DNA of 64,000 nt from Lama guanicoe (lineage: Eukaryota): NCBI GenBank assembly GCA_013239625.1, contig MU054001.1, positions 558,001 through 622,000 on the forward strand. The letters run 5' to 3'. A program made the translations under genes and the position numbers. The notes beneath the pieces are model-generated. The model ran no database searches. It was not told the DNA's origin and saw only the letters and a list, made by a program, of their open reading frames with translations. Positions 32,569 to 46,600 of this stretch are shown here, piece after piece. The stretch's first letter is position 1; the number at the start of each line of letters is the position of its first letter.

Positions 32569-34969
32569 ATGATGTGTGCTGTGTTTTGGAAGAGACCCAC
32601 TGAAAGGATTTTCAAGGATTTATTCTGATTTTCCATCATATATTCTGACTTTAGAACTCTCACTGAAGATGTAGCTCCATTTCTTTTTTTAGAAACATTG
32701 GATGTCATTAACCGATTACAATAATCTTTCCGACAAAAGTCAATGTTATAATTCTTTGAATGTTTTGAATGAGGCATTAGGCTCAGGGGACCCTAATCTT
32801 GCAATGCTGCCAAATACAGTTTACTGTTTAGCCCATTGTGGTCATAACCATAGTGATATAAATGACATATGATAATAAAATAGTCCTTGTGCTTAAAAAT
32901 GACCTGGACAAAAGATAGTATGGACACTTGGAATCTTTAGGTACCAGTAGTCACTCATCATTAAGCAGCAAGGGAAGCGTCCCTGCTGTAGCACTTCTAG
33001 GCACTGGGACCCTGACAGTAAAGAGGAGCGATAAAGGCCCTGATTACATGGTTCTCATCTTTCTTAGGCTGGATGTGGGGAGTCAGGTGGGGGCCAGGAG
33101 GAGTGGAAAGAAACTGAGATAGAGACCAACATGATTATGTATTCCTAGAAGTCGAGAACCTTCAGAATTTAGGAGAGAGACTAGGAGAGCTGAAGCTGCC
33201 CGAGCAGGCTTTACAGAAAACAGCAGGCTTGAGTTGTGAAGGAGCATGTATGTGACACGGAGACGAGGACACCCGGGGAGAGGGAAGTGAGCTGCAGGGT
33301 GGTTTGTTAGAGGTGGGGTGCAATTTGGTCTGGTCCGAATTTCCTGGGGCCTCTAAAGGGGATGTCACTGCACCAAAGTATATTTAACAGAGTCCTATGT
33401 TTTAAGAACTCACCATAAATGTGGCATACTTTCTTTAAGAGTCATATTTGAATTTAAGTATGTGGATTTGAAAAAACAAATGGATACCCTTCCTTATAAA
33501 ACTAGGGCTTGGAAGTATCTTGGTTATGAGGCTCAGTCTGGTTACATGTGTGTATGTGAAAAACAAAATATTATTTTCCTCCTTTTATGTTTGATAAGGA
33601 ATAAGATAGCCTGTACTTTTCTGATGTCTTAAGTGCATAATCTGTAAGACTATGATACTTTAAAAATTTTAAATTTATTTTAGGCTTAAAATAACAAAGT
33701 TCTTTTAGAAGAGTTCCAAAATTAAAACTACAATATCACATAAAGATAACAGTTACATTAAGAATATATTTGTAAGATGGTATATAGAGCCGGTGGCTTT
33801 ACTAAGAAACTGTTTGGGGCACCCTAAGAAAATGCAAGTATTTCTGTGCATTTTTTTCCAAGTGTTCAAGGTAGTAACAGAGCTGAGAGCCTTTTCTAAA
33901 TATGCATCCAGTTTTAGGAGGCTAAATTAGGAAGCTCTCATACGACTGAAGCCCTTTAACTTGGGAACTTGGAAGAAGGACGAAACCTAAGGGACTATTA
34001 GAGTTTCTTTAAATTTATATAAATACTAGGTTTTATCAAAGTGGTTATAAAAGACATCAAAATTAAGATATTCAGGCTTTTATATGTAATAATACGGATT
34101 CCAGTGTCCCCAACTATAAGCCATTGCCAATGAGGAGGCCAAAATGTATTGTGTTTTAAGAAAGAGCTACATTAGGTAGGTGACTTAAAAGTTCTGAGTG
34201 TATATAATGGCCCAGCATTGTGGAATCATCTTGTAATACTATTTATCTAGCAGTTTAAAAAAAAGGAAAAGAAAAAACGGTGCTATTTTAGACAGTTTAA
34301 AAAAAATTTTTTTACAAATACTGCAAATCATAGGTTGGTTACCACTAGACTTCCTGACTCTGCTGTGATTGCTGTATTCTCTGTGTATTCTTTTAAAATA
34401 CCAGGCACTTTATAATTTTGCCCATAATTGTTTATATATATTTTCTCCACAAAATGTTTTTAGAACAACTTAGTGCTAAATTGCCTTACCCTACCTGCCA
34501 TCTTGAAACTACGTATGAATACACTGAAGTGTCAGTTGCAGACACATTAGCAGCCTCTTTAATTTTTTTTCCAGGAGCCTTCTTATTCAAAACACCTTTC
34601 AAACTCAAGGCATAAAAATAGCACGCAGCTTCCACTTGCAGGCTTTTGAAGCTGGAGAAGACTTGTTTTTCATGTGAAGAAACTGCATCTCAGGAAGATG
34701 AGATGACTTGCTAGTAAGTGATAATCAGGATCTTTTGACTCCAGAGCAAACTCTGCCAACTTGAGGATGCTTATCCCCAACTCTGGAAATTCACTCTGCA
34801 CATGCTTGTATCACAACCCTATTCTTCACAATGTTTTATTCTCTACATGTCAGAAATAAATGTCGACTTGCCATCTGTATGCACCATACAGACATTTAGG
34901 CTCCTAGTATGGGTACAAGTAGCAAGTTAAAGTATGTTAATCTCAGAACTGAATTTTAACCAATAGGAG

Positions 34970-35890
34970 GTTCCATTTATTCATTACTATGTATGCATAC
35001 CTTCTGTGTTTTAACATTGTGAAAAATCCAGGGAATCAAATACAAATACAGCAGGGTTCCCTGAATTCAACAAAGTGGGCTTTGGGTTCAGGCCTGGAGG
35101 TGAGATGGTGAACAGTTTGCCTTTGTAATTTTGGAATGAAGCACCTACCAGGGAGACAGAGGCATAAACAGACCTTTCAGCACAGCATGGTGAGAAGGAA
35201 AGGTCAGATGCTGTGGGATCACAGGGGCACAGTCCCCAACCAAGCCCAGCAGGGGGTGGGCAAACTCAAGGAAGGCTTCCTGGAGGAGAGGGGCATTGGG
35301 GTTGAGCCCTGAAGGAAGGACGAACAAAGAAAGACAAGGGAGAGCATGGTGCATTGGGGAATCTCCAAGGATTTGGGAGGAGCAGGAGAGGTGTGTACGA
35401 AGGTAGGAAAGAGATGGGAGTAAGCAGGGGCCTGGCTGCCAATGCAACAGAGCAGCTTGGACTTGGTCATACTTTCATCTGCTCAGGGCTGTGCTGGGGA
35501 GATATCACTTCCCGTGGTAGTGCGGGGGAGCCCAGCAAGATTGGATGCTGAGAGACTAGTTAGGTGGTTTTTGCAAGTAACTATCCAGGTGTGAGAACAG
35601 TTGCTGGAGCTGAGAAAGTGGCCAGGGGAAGAAGAGATGTTGATGGACTGATGGGAGATACTAAGACACTAGAAATAAAAAGACACGTGACTGACTGGTT
35701 ACATGTGGGGGTAAAGGAAAAGCATGGCAACGAGGGTGTCCAGATGGCTGCAACAAGGAGGTTGTGGTGCCAGGGTTTTGAGACAGGAAACCTGGGAGAA
35801 GCAGATCTAGTGGGAGAGGACACAGTGGTTTTGAGGCGCTGGTAGAATATCCAGGGAGTCTGGAACTCACAATCTAGTCGCAGGCAGGGA
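34970..35890 (-). mobile_element. Degraded LINE-2
   Basis: Purine-rich L2-antisense motifs (GAAGGCTTCCTGGAGGAG, GGGTTGAGCCCTGAAGGA). Confidence 0.55.
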
Positions 35891-37811
35891 ACGTAGTCTA
35901 TTCTTTCATATTGGTCCATTTTCTTTTCTCTGAAAGGCAGATTTCTCAAGAAATGTGTTTTCTTTCATTATTAAATGATAACAACCATTAATGGTCCTAT
36001 GAAAAGCAAATCTGAGATGAACTGTTCAATATTATTGAGCAGTGTTTGTTTTAAAAAAGATGGGGCTTAGAAGGATATAAAGGAAGGAAAATGAAAGAGT
36101 GTTCCCGGCTCTAGCTGCCCCCTAAACATTTTGGGGAGTTGAGTATACTAAATATCAACTGTGTAGAGAGATTTAAAGATAGAGAGGGAGGGGGAAAACA
36201 TTTCCAGGAAAAAAGCACTGGGGAATATTTTTGTTTTTAGAAACTTGATGATTTTGGATTACAGCATGTGCTTAAGTGATTAGTAAGTAATGTTATCTGG
36301 GTCTCATTACCTCCGACATTTATCCACAAGCACTTACTCAGCACGTACTGGGTACTGGGTACTGGACAGCATTGACCAGACTGGAGACCACAGTGGGCAT
36401 GGTTCTTTTCTCACAGAATTTAGAGTTTAACTGGCAGATTATAAATCCTGAAGGTAGCTTTTTATGATATGTCTGTCTGTGTCCATTTAATATAATTGAT
36501 ATACATCGTGAGGACAACTTACGATTCTCAAATCCCATAATAATGAACATTTATGCCTCCAGAGGGCACTGCCATGTTCACAGAAGGAAAAACAAGAAAG
36601 GATTCAGTGCTGCCCTGACTTTCTGTCTGTTGAGGTGGGGCTGGTGGAATTGTTCCTCAAAGTAGGGGACTGGAACATAAACGGACAGTGGCTCCTGGCT
36701 GTTCTTGAGTGGCTAAGAAATAAAGAGTTATGACTCATTTGCTCAAAAGGGCAAGGACAAAAAAGTTGAAGCTGAATACACAGGTTTTAGAGTTAGAGGG
36801 AAATTGGAACCTGGTACTGCCTTGAAATTTTGACTTTGAAAATGACATCCTCTCAGAAGCTGCACTAAGGCAGACTTATGACTGTAAAGCCAAATGAGAT
36901 AATTTTTTTCAACAAACCACAGTTCGTTATTTCTATACCTTTTCTGTGCCTAACTTAACACGATCCCTCATTTTTCAGGGGAATGGGTATCCCTGCTACT
37001 GTGTAGTCAACCACCTCTTGTTTCTTCTTTTTTGTTTTCTCCTGATTTCTTACCTCTCTTTTATATTTTAAAATTCTCCCTCTTCACTTAATTTCTTTTC
37101 CTCCATTGCTCCCATTCTAAAATATTCCCTCCAGACCCAGCCTCCCCCTCTAAGCTCCACTCCCAGTAGTTCCCTCCTTCACTGCTGAACTTGCAGAAAG
37201 CTGGGTTTGTAGAAGTGTGTCTTTTTCTTAGCTTTCTCCATTCTCATCTTCCATTCATCCTCATGCAGTCTGGTTTTCTAGTTATCTTAAGTTGTCTAGA
37301 CCTGATAGTTCTCAGTTCTCACCCAGCTTAACCTGTCTGCGCATGGAACAGTGTCCTTGGCTTCTGAAGTGCTTTGGCCCTTGACTGTGTTGCTTTTGCT
37401 TTTGCTGGCCACCTCCCTCCCACCTGCTCTCTGTGGTGCTGCCCTCTGCATCAGCACTGCCCCCTTGCCTGAGCCCTGGTCTCGGATTTTCAGTTAAGAC
37501 ATTTCCTGATCGCCCCTCCTCTGTCTTCTCCACCCTGGGCCTTCTTTCTCTGCCCTTCTGAACATCTTGTCTTGATTCATGGCATCACTCTCACTCCAGT
37601 TACCAAATCAGATCAGTGTTACTCTCATAATGTCTACAGGTTAGATCAAGTCTACCTTTTAAAACCTCTCAAATCCCACACCTTAGTCTGTTCCCACTAT
37701 CAGAGATACTTGGGGACACAGGGTTGAGGAATCAAGGTCCCTGTGCTTGGAAAGGCCACAGTCCACAGTGCAACTCTAAGTGTGGTCCAGGTACTGTAGT
37801 AGACCACAAGC

Positions 37812-38700
37812 TTTTTATTTTAATAGATTAATTTTCAGAGCAGTTTTAGATTCACAGTAAAAGTGAATGGAAGGTACAGAAATTTTCCATATACCACCTG
37901 CCCCTACATGAGCAAGGCCTCCCTCATTATCACCATTCCCCACCGAAGTGGTACATTTGTTATAACTGATGAACCTGTGTTGACACATCATCACCCAAAG
38001 TCCATAGTTTACATTAAGATTAACCCTTGGTGTGGTACATACTATAGGTTTGGACTAACGTGTAATGACATGTAGCCACCATTATAGTAACGTACAGAAT
38101 AGTTTCACTGCCCTAAAAATCCTCTCTGCTCTGTCTCTTCACCCCTCCCCTCCCCCAAACCCTGATAGCCACTGATCTTTTTACTATCTCCGTAGTTTTG
38201 TGTTTTCCAGAATATCATGTTATTGGAATCACATAGTATGTAGCCTTTTCAGATTGGCTTCTTTCATTTAACAACATGCATTTGCGTTTCTTCCATGTCT
38301 TTTCATGGCTTGAGAGCTCATTTCTTTTTAATGCTGAATAATATTTCATTGTCTGTACATACCACAGTCTATCCATTTAGCTAATGAAGGACATCTGGGT
38401 AATTTCCAAGTTTCGGCACTTATGAATAGAGTGGCTATAAACATCTGTGTGCAGGTTTTTGTGTGGATATAAATTTCCAGTTCCTTTGGGTAAATACCAT
38501 GGAGTGCTGTTGCTGGATCATATGTCAGAGGATTTAGTTTTATAAGAAGCTGCCAAACTGTCTGACAAAAGTGGCTGTATTGTTTTGCATTCCCCCCAGC
38601 AATGAATGGAAGTTCCTGTTGCTCCACGTTATCACTAGCATTTGGTAGTATTTGTGTCTGGATTTTGGCCATTCTGATAGGTGTGTACTGGTATCTCACT
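37812..38700 (-). mobile_element. LINE-1 (L1MB-like) 3' fragment including the ORF2 C-terminal remnant
   Basis: The minus-strand ORF at 38346-38699 translates to L1 ORF2 C-terminus-like MRYQYTPIRMAKI...YDPATALHGIYPKE...CTQMFIATLF. Confidence 0.9.
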
Positions 38701-40193
38701 GGTATGTCTCATATCATCCAGCTGAAATTCACAAAAGTGTGGGGCCCTATGACTGGGCCCGCCTGGAATTTTTGTCTCTCGGAGTTGTCCACATTGAGCC
38801 TTCAGCAACTTATCAGTTATACATCAAGTTCTCCAAGCCTAGCATTGGAACTCATGCATTGGAATTCCTGCTTATGGGTTTCTATCCAGTAAGTTGTGGT
38901 TTTCTGTAGTCACCTGTCTCTCTCCAATTTTAGAAGTTTAGGGTCAGAGACTTGCCCTGTAACCTCACTTCTCTTATGGAGCTCAAAAGATTGGTTGATT
39001 TTTCAGTTTGCTCAGCTTTTTATTTGTTTTAGAGTGGAGTTGGTGACCTCTAAGCTCCTTACATGTTGGACCAGAAACCGAAAGTCCACAAACACACCTT
39101 ATCCGACTGTGACAAGATAAATACCAGGAGAGAAAGCATTTAGAAACTTGAGTAATTTGACATTGCCATGATACCCAAGTGCATGATTTTATGTTTTATA
39201 AAAATATTGGTCTGCAGAATCTTGAAAATTAGAAACAAAACAAAACAAAACAGCAATAAACAATTGGCCCTTCACTACAGGTGGAGAAGCATGGGACTAG
39301 GAGGCAATCAAGAACATGATGATTTGAGGTGGGAATTTACACCATCTTTGCAGTTATCGAGAAGGTGAGCTGAGATCCCTGGGGAAGGAGGTCAAACTGA
39401 TTAGGGCTTTTCAGAGTGGACGTGGTGGGGAAGATACAGTGGCATGTGGGTGAGCATAGACATACCCTACCCCGTACTATCTCACCCCTCTATCAGAGCG
39501 ACCTTTGTAACATGGAGATCAGATCATGGCACGTCTTTGCTTAAATCCTTGGAGACACCCTCCTGCCCAACACTTCTCAACTTCTCGGCACCATTCATAA
39601 GGCTGCTCACCCTCTGACCAGAGGTCCCTGTAGCATCATTTTTTCCCACTCCAGCCTGTGCACCCTTCTCTCCCAGCAGCTGGGTTTCCTAGAGTAGACC
39701 ACAGCATGCACCACCACCTCTGTTCTGTACCTCTGTTATGCATATGCAAGGACTCTGCATCAGCAGCCTCTTCTGTTTGGAAGGCCTTCCCTCCTCTCAC
39801 TCTCTTCTGGTGAAATCCCACATATCTTTTAACGTCATCGTCTTGGAGGTTTTCCTGCATCTGATGTCAAATGCACAGGTGAGGTGGGCTTAGGTGCTCA
39901 ATCAATGTTGAGTGAACATGGAGCTGGAAGGGGAACTTAGAGATTCAGCCACACCTCTGATCATCTCATGTCCTTGTGTCTTCACTGGGCCTCTCACAGC
40001 TGGAAAGGGGGAGGCGTTTCAGGCCATTAGGTAGGAGGAATTACCAAATAACACTAAAACCTGCATCTGAATGCCTCAGGGCTGGGGGAGACCAGAGAAG
40101 AGGCCATTCAATATCAAGGGATAAGACCAGCTTTCCATGATGGAGGCAGCTTTCCTGGGGTTCCCATCCTTCTCAGAGAGACAGCCTCTAAAG

Positions 40194-40421
40194 CAGGGCT
40201 TGGCAAACTTTTTCTTCAAGGAGCCAGATAATGAATATTTTTGGCTCTGTGGGCCAGACGATGTCTGTTGCAGCTATTTTGTCACTGCAAGGCACAAGCA
40301 GCCATGGACAAGTGGGTGTGGCTGAGTTCCAATGACACTCTTACAGAAGTGTTCCAGTAACATTTATGAAAACAGGCTGCAGGCTGGATTTAGCTCACAG
40401 GCTGTAGTTTGCCCACCTCTG
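40194..40421 (+). mobile_element. MER58-like hAT-Charlie DNA transposon
   Basis: Terminal inverted repeats CAGGGCTTGGCAAACT / AGTTTGCCCACCTCTG; imperfect 8-bp TSD CTCTAAAG / CTCAAAGG. Confidence 0.85.
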
Positions 40422-40928
40422 CTCAAAGGAAAGAAAATGTCCCCTTTCTTCTGCCCTGTCTCTAAATAGCCTTTCGAGGCCTTGCTAAGTTTACCTTTAT
40501 AGTTTTGAAATTCTTAGATTTTTTTTCCCCTTCAAAATAGCATAAACAATGAGTCATCTGTCCCTACTTGCCAGTCAGTTGCAGCAGCCTGAAACACCCT
40601 TTACCAGTGGAGTGAAAGATGCATGGCCTACACTGAACATGTGAAAGTTCGTGAAATTAAACCTTAACCCAGGTCTCTATGAGATAGACACATGAGATTC
40701 CTACTGTCAACTGAGAACTAAAACCTTGCCATAAAGCGGTTTGGTAGTATCCTTAGTGCACTTCCTGTGTTTGGGTGGCTATGTGGATTTGGGACCTGGA
40801 AAGTGGACTTAAGCTTTTCATAAACTGGGGTAAGCCTTGGAGCAGAGATGATGCCCATGTCCATGGCCTACTATACTGTCTAGGATTCACAGCCTATGGG
40901 AAAATTTGCAAAGTTACTGATGTCAAAA

Positions 40929-41474
40929 TGTTGCAGCAACGTGTGTTACAGCTCAGTTGTGACAGCAACCTGGATCTGGGCAAGAGACCAAGCAGCACTC
41001 GAAGAGTTGGGAGAACTCAGGTTTATTATGCTGGCGGGCTCAGAGGAGTTAACACTCCAAGCTCTGGACCCTGTCTGTAGGTTTACACAGCCTTTTATAG
41101 GCTACCAGTCTAGACTTTGCAACATTTTGTAACATCATATTCAAATAAGGTATAACAAAGATGACTAATTATGAACAAGCTTTGTAGAAATGGACCAATC
41201 AGGAATGAGAAAAATGGACCAATCAGGAGTGGTAGAAATGGACCAATCAGTAGTGAGCTCCGTGCAAATAAAGCACTACAAATGGACCAATCAGGAGTTA
41301 GCTCAGGAAACCAATAGAATTTTAGGGGTAAGTTCCACTTTCTTAGAAGTAAACTGTTTCAGAGGCAAAAAGTGAGATAATGCCACTGGGCCAGGGAACC
41401 AGATGGTGGTGGCAGGAGAGTAATGGCCCTGCCTGGGGGTCCTGTTGGTCTTTTTCATGGGGCTTCCCACCTCA
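40929..41474 (-). mobile_element. Solo ERV LTR
   Basis: On the minus strand: starts TGAGG, then U3 tandem CCAAT repeats, TATAAAA (41093-41099) and AATAAA (41022-41027), ending ...ACA. Left boundary uncertain; no clear TSD. Confidence 0.72.
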
Positions 41475-43465
41475 CTATCTTTGCGTTGATAGAGTGGCAG
41501 ACAATACAGCAATGCATACATTAGGCCAGTGACACTAAAGGTAAATACACCTGCCTCAAATGGTCCTACATTCTGTAAAATGCTAAAACCAAATAGCCAT
41601 GTAAATTAAAATCCAAAAGAGTCGGGTTACTAAAACCCTGACAGCATCAGCACCAGGGCAGCAGGTGAAGGAAGCTTGCTATCGATATGATAGCCTCTGT
41701 CACCTCCCATACCCCCAAAAGGCTCCACAGAGGTCACCCTGTGACTCTTGTTCCCCAGAGTCACAAATCAGGACATCTTTTGTGCCTGACTGAACAGGTT
41801 GACCTAGTAGCAATGCTTGTGCCAGGGAAGCTGTGAGGGTGGAACTTGGACGTGGGCCTCGTCATCTTCTGGTGCTGTTTGAAGTATCCTCAGGTTAGCC
41901 ACAGTTTCCTACTCTGAAAACTAACCAGTATGGGACATTATTCACCCAGTAGCTTTTGCCCCCAGATGCAGTCAAAATCAGTGTGTGCTTTATAGCCATC
42001 AGTGGAGTGGTTTCCTTCAAAATCTCAAATTCTTTCCCTTTCCTTATGTCTTTGAGGTTTAAACACCCCCAAGAAAAGTTGGTGATATTCCTGATATCTT
42101 GCATCTTGTATTTATGACAACCAGACCTCTTGTAAACTGTATTTCAGATAAACACAATTTATTGAGCACTTACTAGGTCATTACAATGTGAAATCAAATA
42201 AGAATGGTGTAGACTATTACCTGATCATCACACAGATGCATAAGCTAGGTTTATTCTCCTGCAGCCTCTTCTTATGAGTGTAGTATGTGATTATTTAGCT
42301 TTTATCAAAAGGCTATAAGTTAGCAATTTTATATTTCCTTTCTCATCATATACTTTTGGACATTTAGTTTTCCATTTTGAAAAGTCCATTTGGAATAAAT
42401 TTATTGTCAGTGTTGAAGAGGGCTAGTTTTCATTTATTCTAATGTTGTATACTTCAGTGCTTGAATTATTTACTATGGGTTTGGTTATTGACCTATTTTA
42501 TTTGTCATTTTATGATGTACATATTTTCAGTGGAGACATTTAGGCTAAGCTATATTTATTTATACCACAGTACATTAACCATAAAACTATCTAACTACAG
42601 TAAAAACCACAATAATCTGGAACCCTCGGGGAGTGGGTTATTCAAGATAGCCAAGTTTTAAGAATGAACATTAACTATTTGTGATGGAAACCTTTTTAAA
42701 TGGATCATACTTTCCCCTCTTGTCTTGAAAATAAGATAGCGAGTCTCACTGAACTTTGGTAACAACTCAGTAAGAATTGCACTGCATAACTCAGCTCTCG
42801 TGAAAAGACTTGGATGTTTTTGGATTTTTTTCTTAATTCTCATGGGCATTCCTTAAACCAGTCCTCTTTGTTCAGTTGCTGTCATCTGTATTTCTCACTC
42901 ACCTTCAAATTGCTGCTTTATACGTCTGTGGACCTGGAGACCAGGTGACGGAACTCATGAGAATATAGGCAGGCGTGAGAAAGGACTTCCGGGGACCCAC
43001 TGATGGGTCAGCTACCACAGTTGTATATTGACTTGCCAGCAACTCTTGTCTCCCTGAAAACCCTTATTTGCTAATGTTTCAGTTCTCTGTGTTCTATCCA
43101 GTGGGTGGTAAGACAGGGCAGATCTGCTGTACCTCGTCTTCCCAGCATGCTTCTCTACTCTGCAAAACTCTGCAGCAGCTGATTCCAGCCAGGACAGGGC
43201 AGCTCTGGGCCTTGTGTCTAGGAACTAAGGCAGCTAAATGAATACTCATTAGAAAAGAAAATCAGGTTTAAAACAGGCCTCATTTTAAGTTCATAGTTTA
43301 TTAAATGATGCCTATATTGTGGTAATACCCTTCAAATTCTCCTTCTCTTCTTTATCCTATTGCTTCTTTCTCCTCTTTTTTACATAAAATGCTAAATGTA
43401 TGCTCTTTGGGCTTGTAATTTATTGGGACTAAAGCTAAAACCTTAATTCTAAAAAAGCATCTCTA

Positions 43466-43666
43466 CACACATTACTGAATATAAAATAGGTAAACAACAA
43501 AGATCTACTGTATAGTACAGGAAACTGTATTCAATTTCTTATAATAACATATAATGGAAAAGAATCTGAAAAAAAAATACAGCAAAATAACTGAATCACT
43601 TTGCTGTACACCTGAAACTGACATTATAAATCAACTACATATCAGTAAAAAATAAAAAAAATTAAT
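43466..43666 (+). mobile_element. 5'-truncated LINE-1 3' end with perfect 15-bp TSD
   Basis: TSD AAAAAAGCATCTCTA at 43451-43465 and 43667-43681; body ACTGAATCACTTTGCTGTACACCTGAAAC plus A tail. Confidence 0.9.
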
Positions 43667-46600
43667 AAAAAAGCATCTCTAATCAAAACTGCAGAATCCT
43701 TAATAATTATGATTTTTTAAATACACATTATTATGGATGTGTTTCACATTTTTTTACTTTAGGTTCTTTGCACAAAAATTGAATGAAAAAACCTTTATTA
43801 AAGTTGCTGGCAGGTGAACATTAGACTGGAAACTTGGTTGTTTGACACTTCCATGGTGCTTTGCAGCTTCTCCAGTGGTCTCATCGTGTTTTCTCACTGG
43901 ATCCTCAGAACAACGCAAGGGTTATATTGTCCCTCATGTCAGAGCCAGGAGATCAGAGGTGCAGAGGTGTCCAGTGACATGTCTAAGGTCACATTGCTGT
44001 TAGCCTCTCAGGATCGAGCCCAGATCCTCTGCTTCCCAGACCTGGAGGTCTTCCCCCATTAGCTCCTAAGTTATCATGCTGGTGAGTAAGAGATGAGACA
44101 TACTAGTTTACAGTGGGCAGACACTTTAGTTCTCAGTGTGCAGTTGGGGCTGCCAACCCCTCTGAGTATTATGAAGTGTCAGCTCATCCAGAGTGAGACG
44201 AGGGGAACTTGATCAGCCTGTGATCGAGGGGAAGAAGTACGTCATCTTCAACTAGCCGTCACCCTGCTGCTGCAGGAGGAGGGGGAGGATTGCCCATTTG
44301 GGAGCCGAGGACCAACTGGTCAGTCGTGTACAATAATTTGAGGATTCTGGGACTAAATGTAATAGTTTTAGTTATTACTGTAGATAACTGTCCAGTGTTT
44401 TAGAGAATCAAATATTGTTTTGTTTAGTTGTGACCACTTATTAGTAGTCAGTTGGTGAAATTATTATTTTTCAAAACTAGGTGCTAAAGTGTTTTTAGAA
44501 TTTATTCTGATCCATTTCTTAATACAAACAGTATCTGTACCACTTGTATCCAAAGCACAAGTTTCCTTTATTTTTACTTTCAGATTTCAGAATATACCTA
44601 TTTTGGAGCTTGAAAACATTAGTCTGGCAAAAACAGTTTGCGTGACTGGATTTAATTTGTTATTTACAAACTCTATGGCTTTTTGTTTTAAGAATTGTTA
44701 ATGATAGGCTATGTTAAACCACTGTTTTTGAAGGTCTATTAAAATGTTACATTCCAAATAGAATAATATTTAAATAAACCTTTAACAAATTTATATTCTT
44801 CTTTTCATTTATGTGTGTGTTTGCTGATGGAATGGAGATTGCTTCTTAAGAAGCCAACCCAACCCCAAATTTCTAAAATGCTCTCATTATCCAGTTTAGT
44901 TTTTAAAAAATTGGAAATTTAGGCTGCTCTATTTATATTAACAGACTGGTGCTATCAAGTTAATCCTGTAATTAAAATTCATTTCTCAAAGATGTGGCTA
45001 ACATCTTGGAAATATTAAAGATTTAAACCCTAAAAATTGGTATGGAAATGATTAAATTTTCCCTATGATTTTTTCCTTCTCTCCCAGAGTGATTCATTTC
45101 ACTTTCTGTGTCTTCTTCCATGAACCATAATGCTTCTGCGGAGATTCCTAATTCAGTGAAACCTGTTTAGGGGATCATCTCTGGTAGAAAGACAGCTGCC
45201 GAAAAGGCATTCACTTTCTGAGCATGGATTTTAGATTATGGCCAATCAAGACTCGGAGCTGGAAGAACACCTGTTAAGAGACGTTTTTCTACAAGGAGAT
45301 GGTCTCTTTAATCAGATTTCATTGCACTTCAGAAAAAGATTCATTTAAAGATGTGGGTAAAACGGCATCTGCTTTTATGATTCATCCTCACCATCCTTTT
45401 AAGGCTGAAAAACCAATTTAGAGTTTATTTACGACGTTGTTCTACGGTAGAAGGAGAAACTTCAACAGAGTGTTTAAAAAGGAAAGACTCCCAGACATTT
45501 GATTTGTAACTTTCTCTTGTGAAAAAAACCTAAGAATTTATTTTTGAATTTTTGCGTGTGCATATAGACAAATGATAGGAATGCTTATGCGCAAACTTTA
45601 AAAAGGCTTAAGCTTAATTGTGAATATGTGTAATGAAAACTGGAAAACTTTCCTATGCTGAAATTTGTTGCACTTATCTGTGAACAATGCAAAGTATTAT
45701 TGATGCTGACTGGTGTTTAGAGAAACTACACTCAACTTTCAACTCTGCTCTAATTAGAGGCACCGTTAAGTACTTAAAACGCAGGTACTTTCTCACATCT
45801 GCAGACTATATTGAGCGTAACTATTAGAAGACAAACTTCATTTCTCAAACTGTAATTTAATGGTGTAACAGTGTGCAGACCGGAATATCGGTTGATTTCC
45901 AAAACATTTTATTCTCCACCAATTAGCTCAGGTCCTAGAGGGCAAAATGACAAGAGGTTACTCGTTCACTATGTATTTAATTAATTGAAAAATGCTCAAA
46001 TTGCTTTTACAGTTGTTATTAAAAAGCAGAATCAGTGTTGCCAGTGCTCAACCATAATTGGAACCCCAGGGAATTAAATATTTAGCATTAGTAATGTAAC
46101 AGCACTCAGGACACAAATTTCTATTTTCGTAATGAAAGCTATACACTGTGAGTGCAAGCGGCTGAAACGACAGCTGTGACAAGGGAAACGGCCTGGGATA
46201 TTTCAATAAGACACCTCATTGGACAGCAAGTCTTACCACATTACTCGTTTGTAAGAGATCTGCAAGTTTAATTCCCAGTAGAAACCCGTTACCCAAGTAT
46301 TTAGATTTCTAATTGCACGCAGGATGAACAGTTGGGCAAATGTCTTGCCGTAAGTGGCTGAAATGTATAGTGCTTTCTAAATAATCCTATATAAGTTCAT
46401 GCCTTTGTCAATTTAAAAATAGCACGACTGTCAGGGCATAAAGATCTTGTTTGTTTTAAGTTTAATTACATTTTAAGCATAAATGCTTTCAGTGTTACAA
46501 TAAGAAAAGTTGGATATTGGGCTCTAATGAGCTACAGTGGTAGACGGCTGGAGACCCTAAGGGATTCCCTCCGTAAATTAACTGGATAAAAGTACTTGGT

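Noticed and set aside
38346..38699. 117-aa ORF
   Set aside because: Remnant of the L1 ORF2 C-terminus, not a host gene.
41188..41296. Spaced direct repeats superficially like a CRISPR array
   Set aside because: Eukaryotic DNA; the 24-bp tandem units have similar, very short spacers and lie in an LTR U3; no cas genes.
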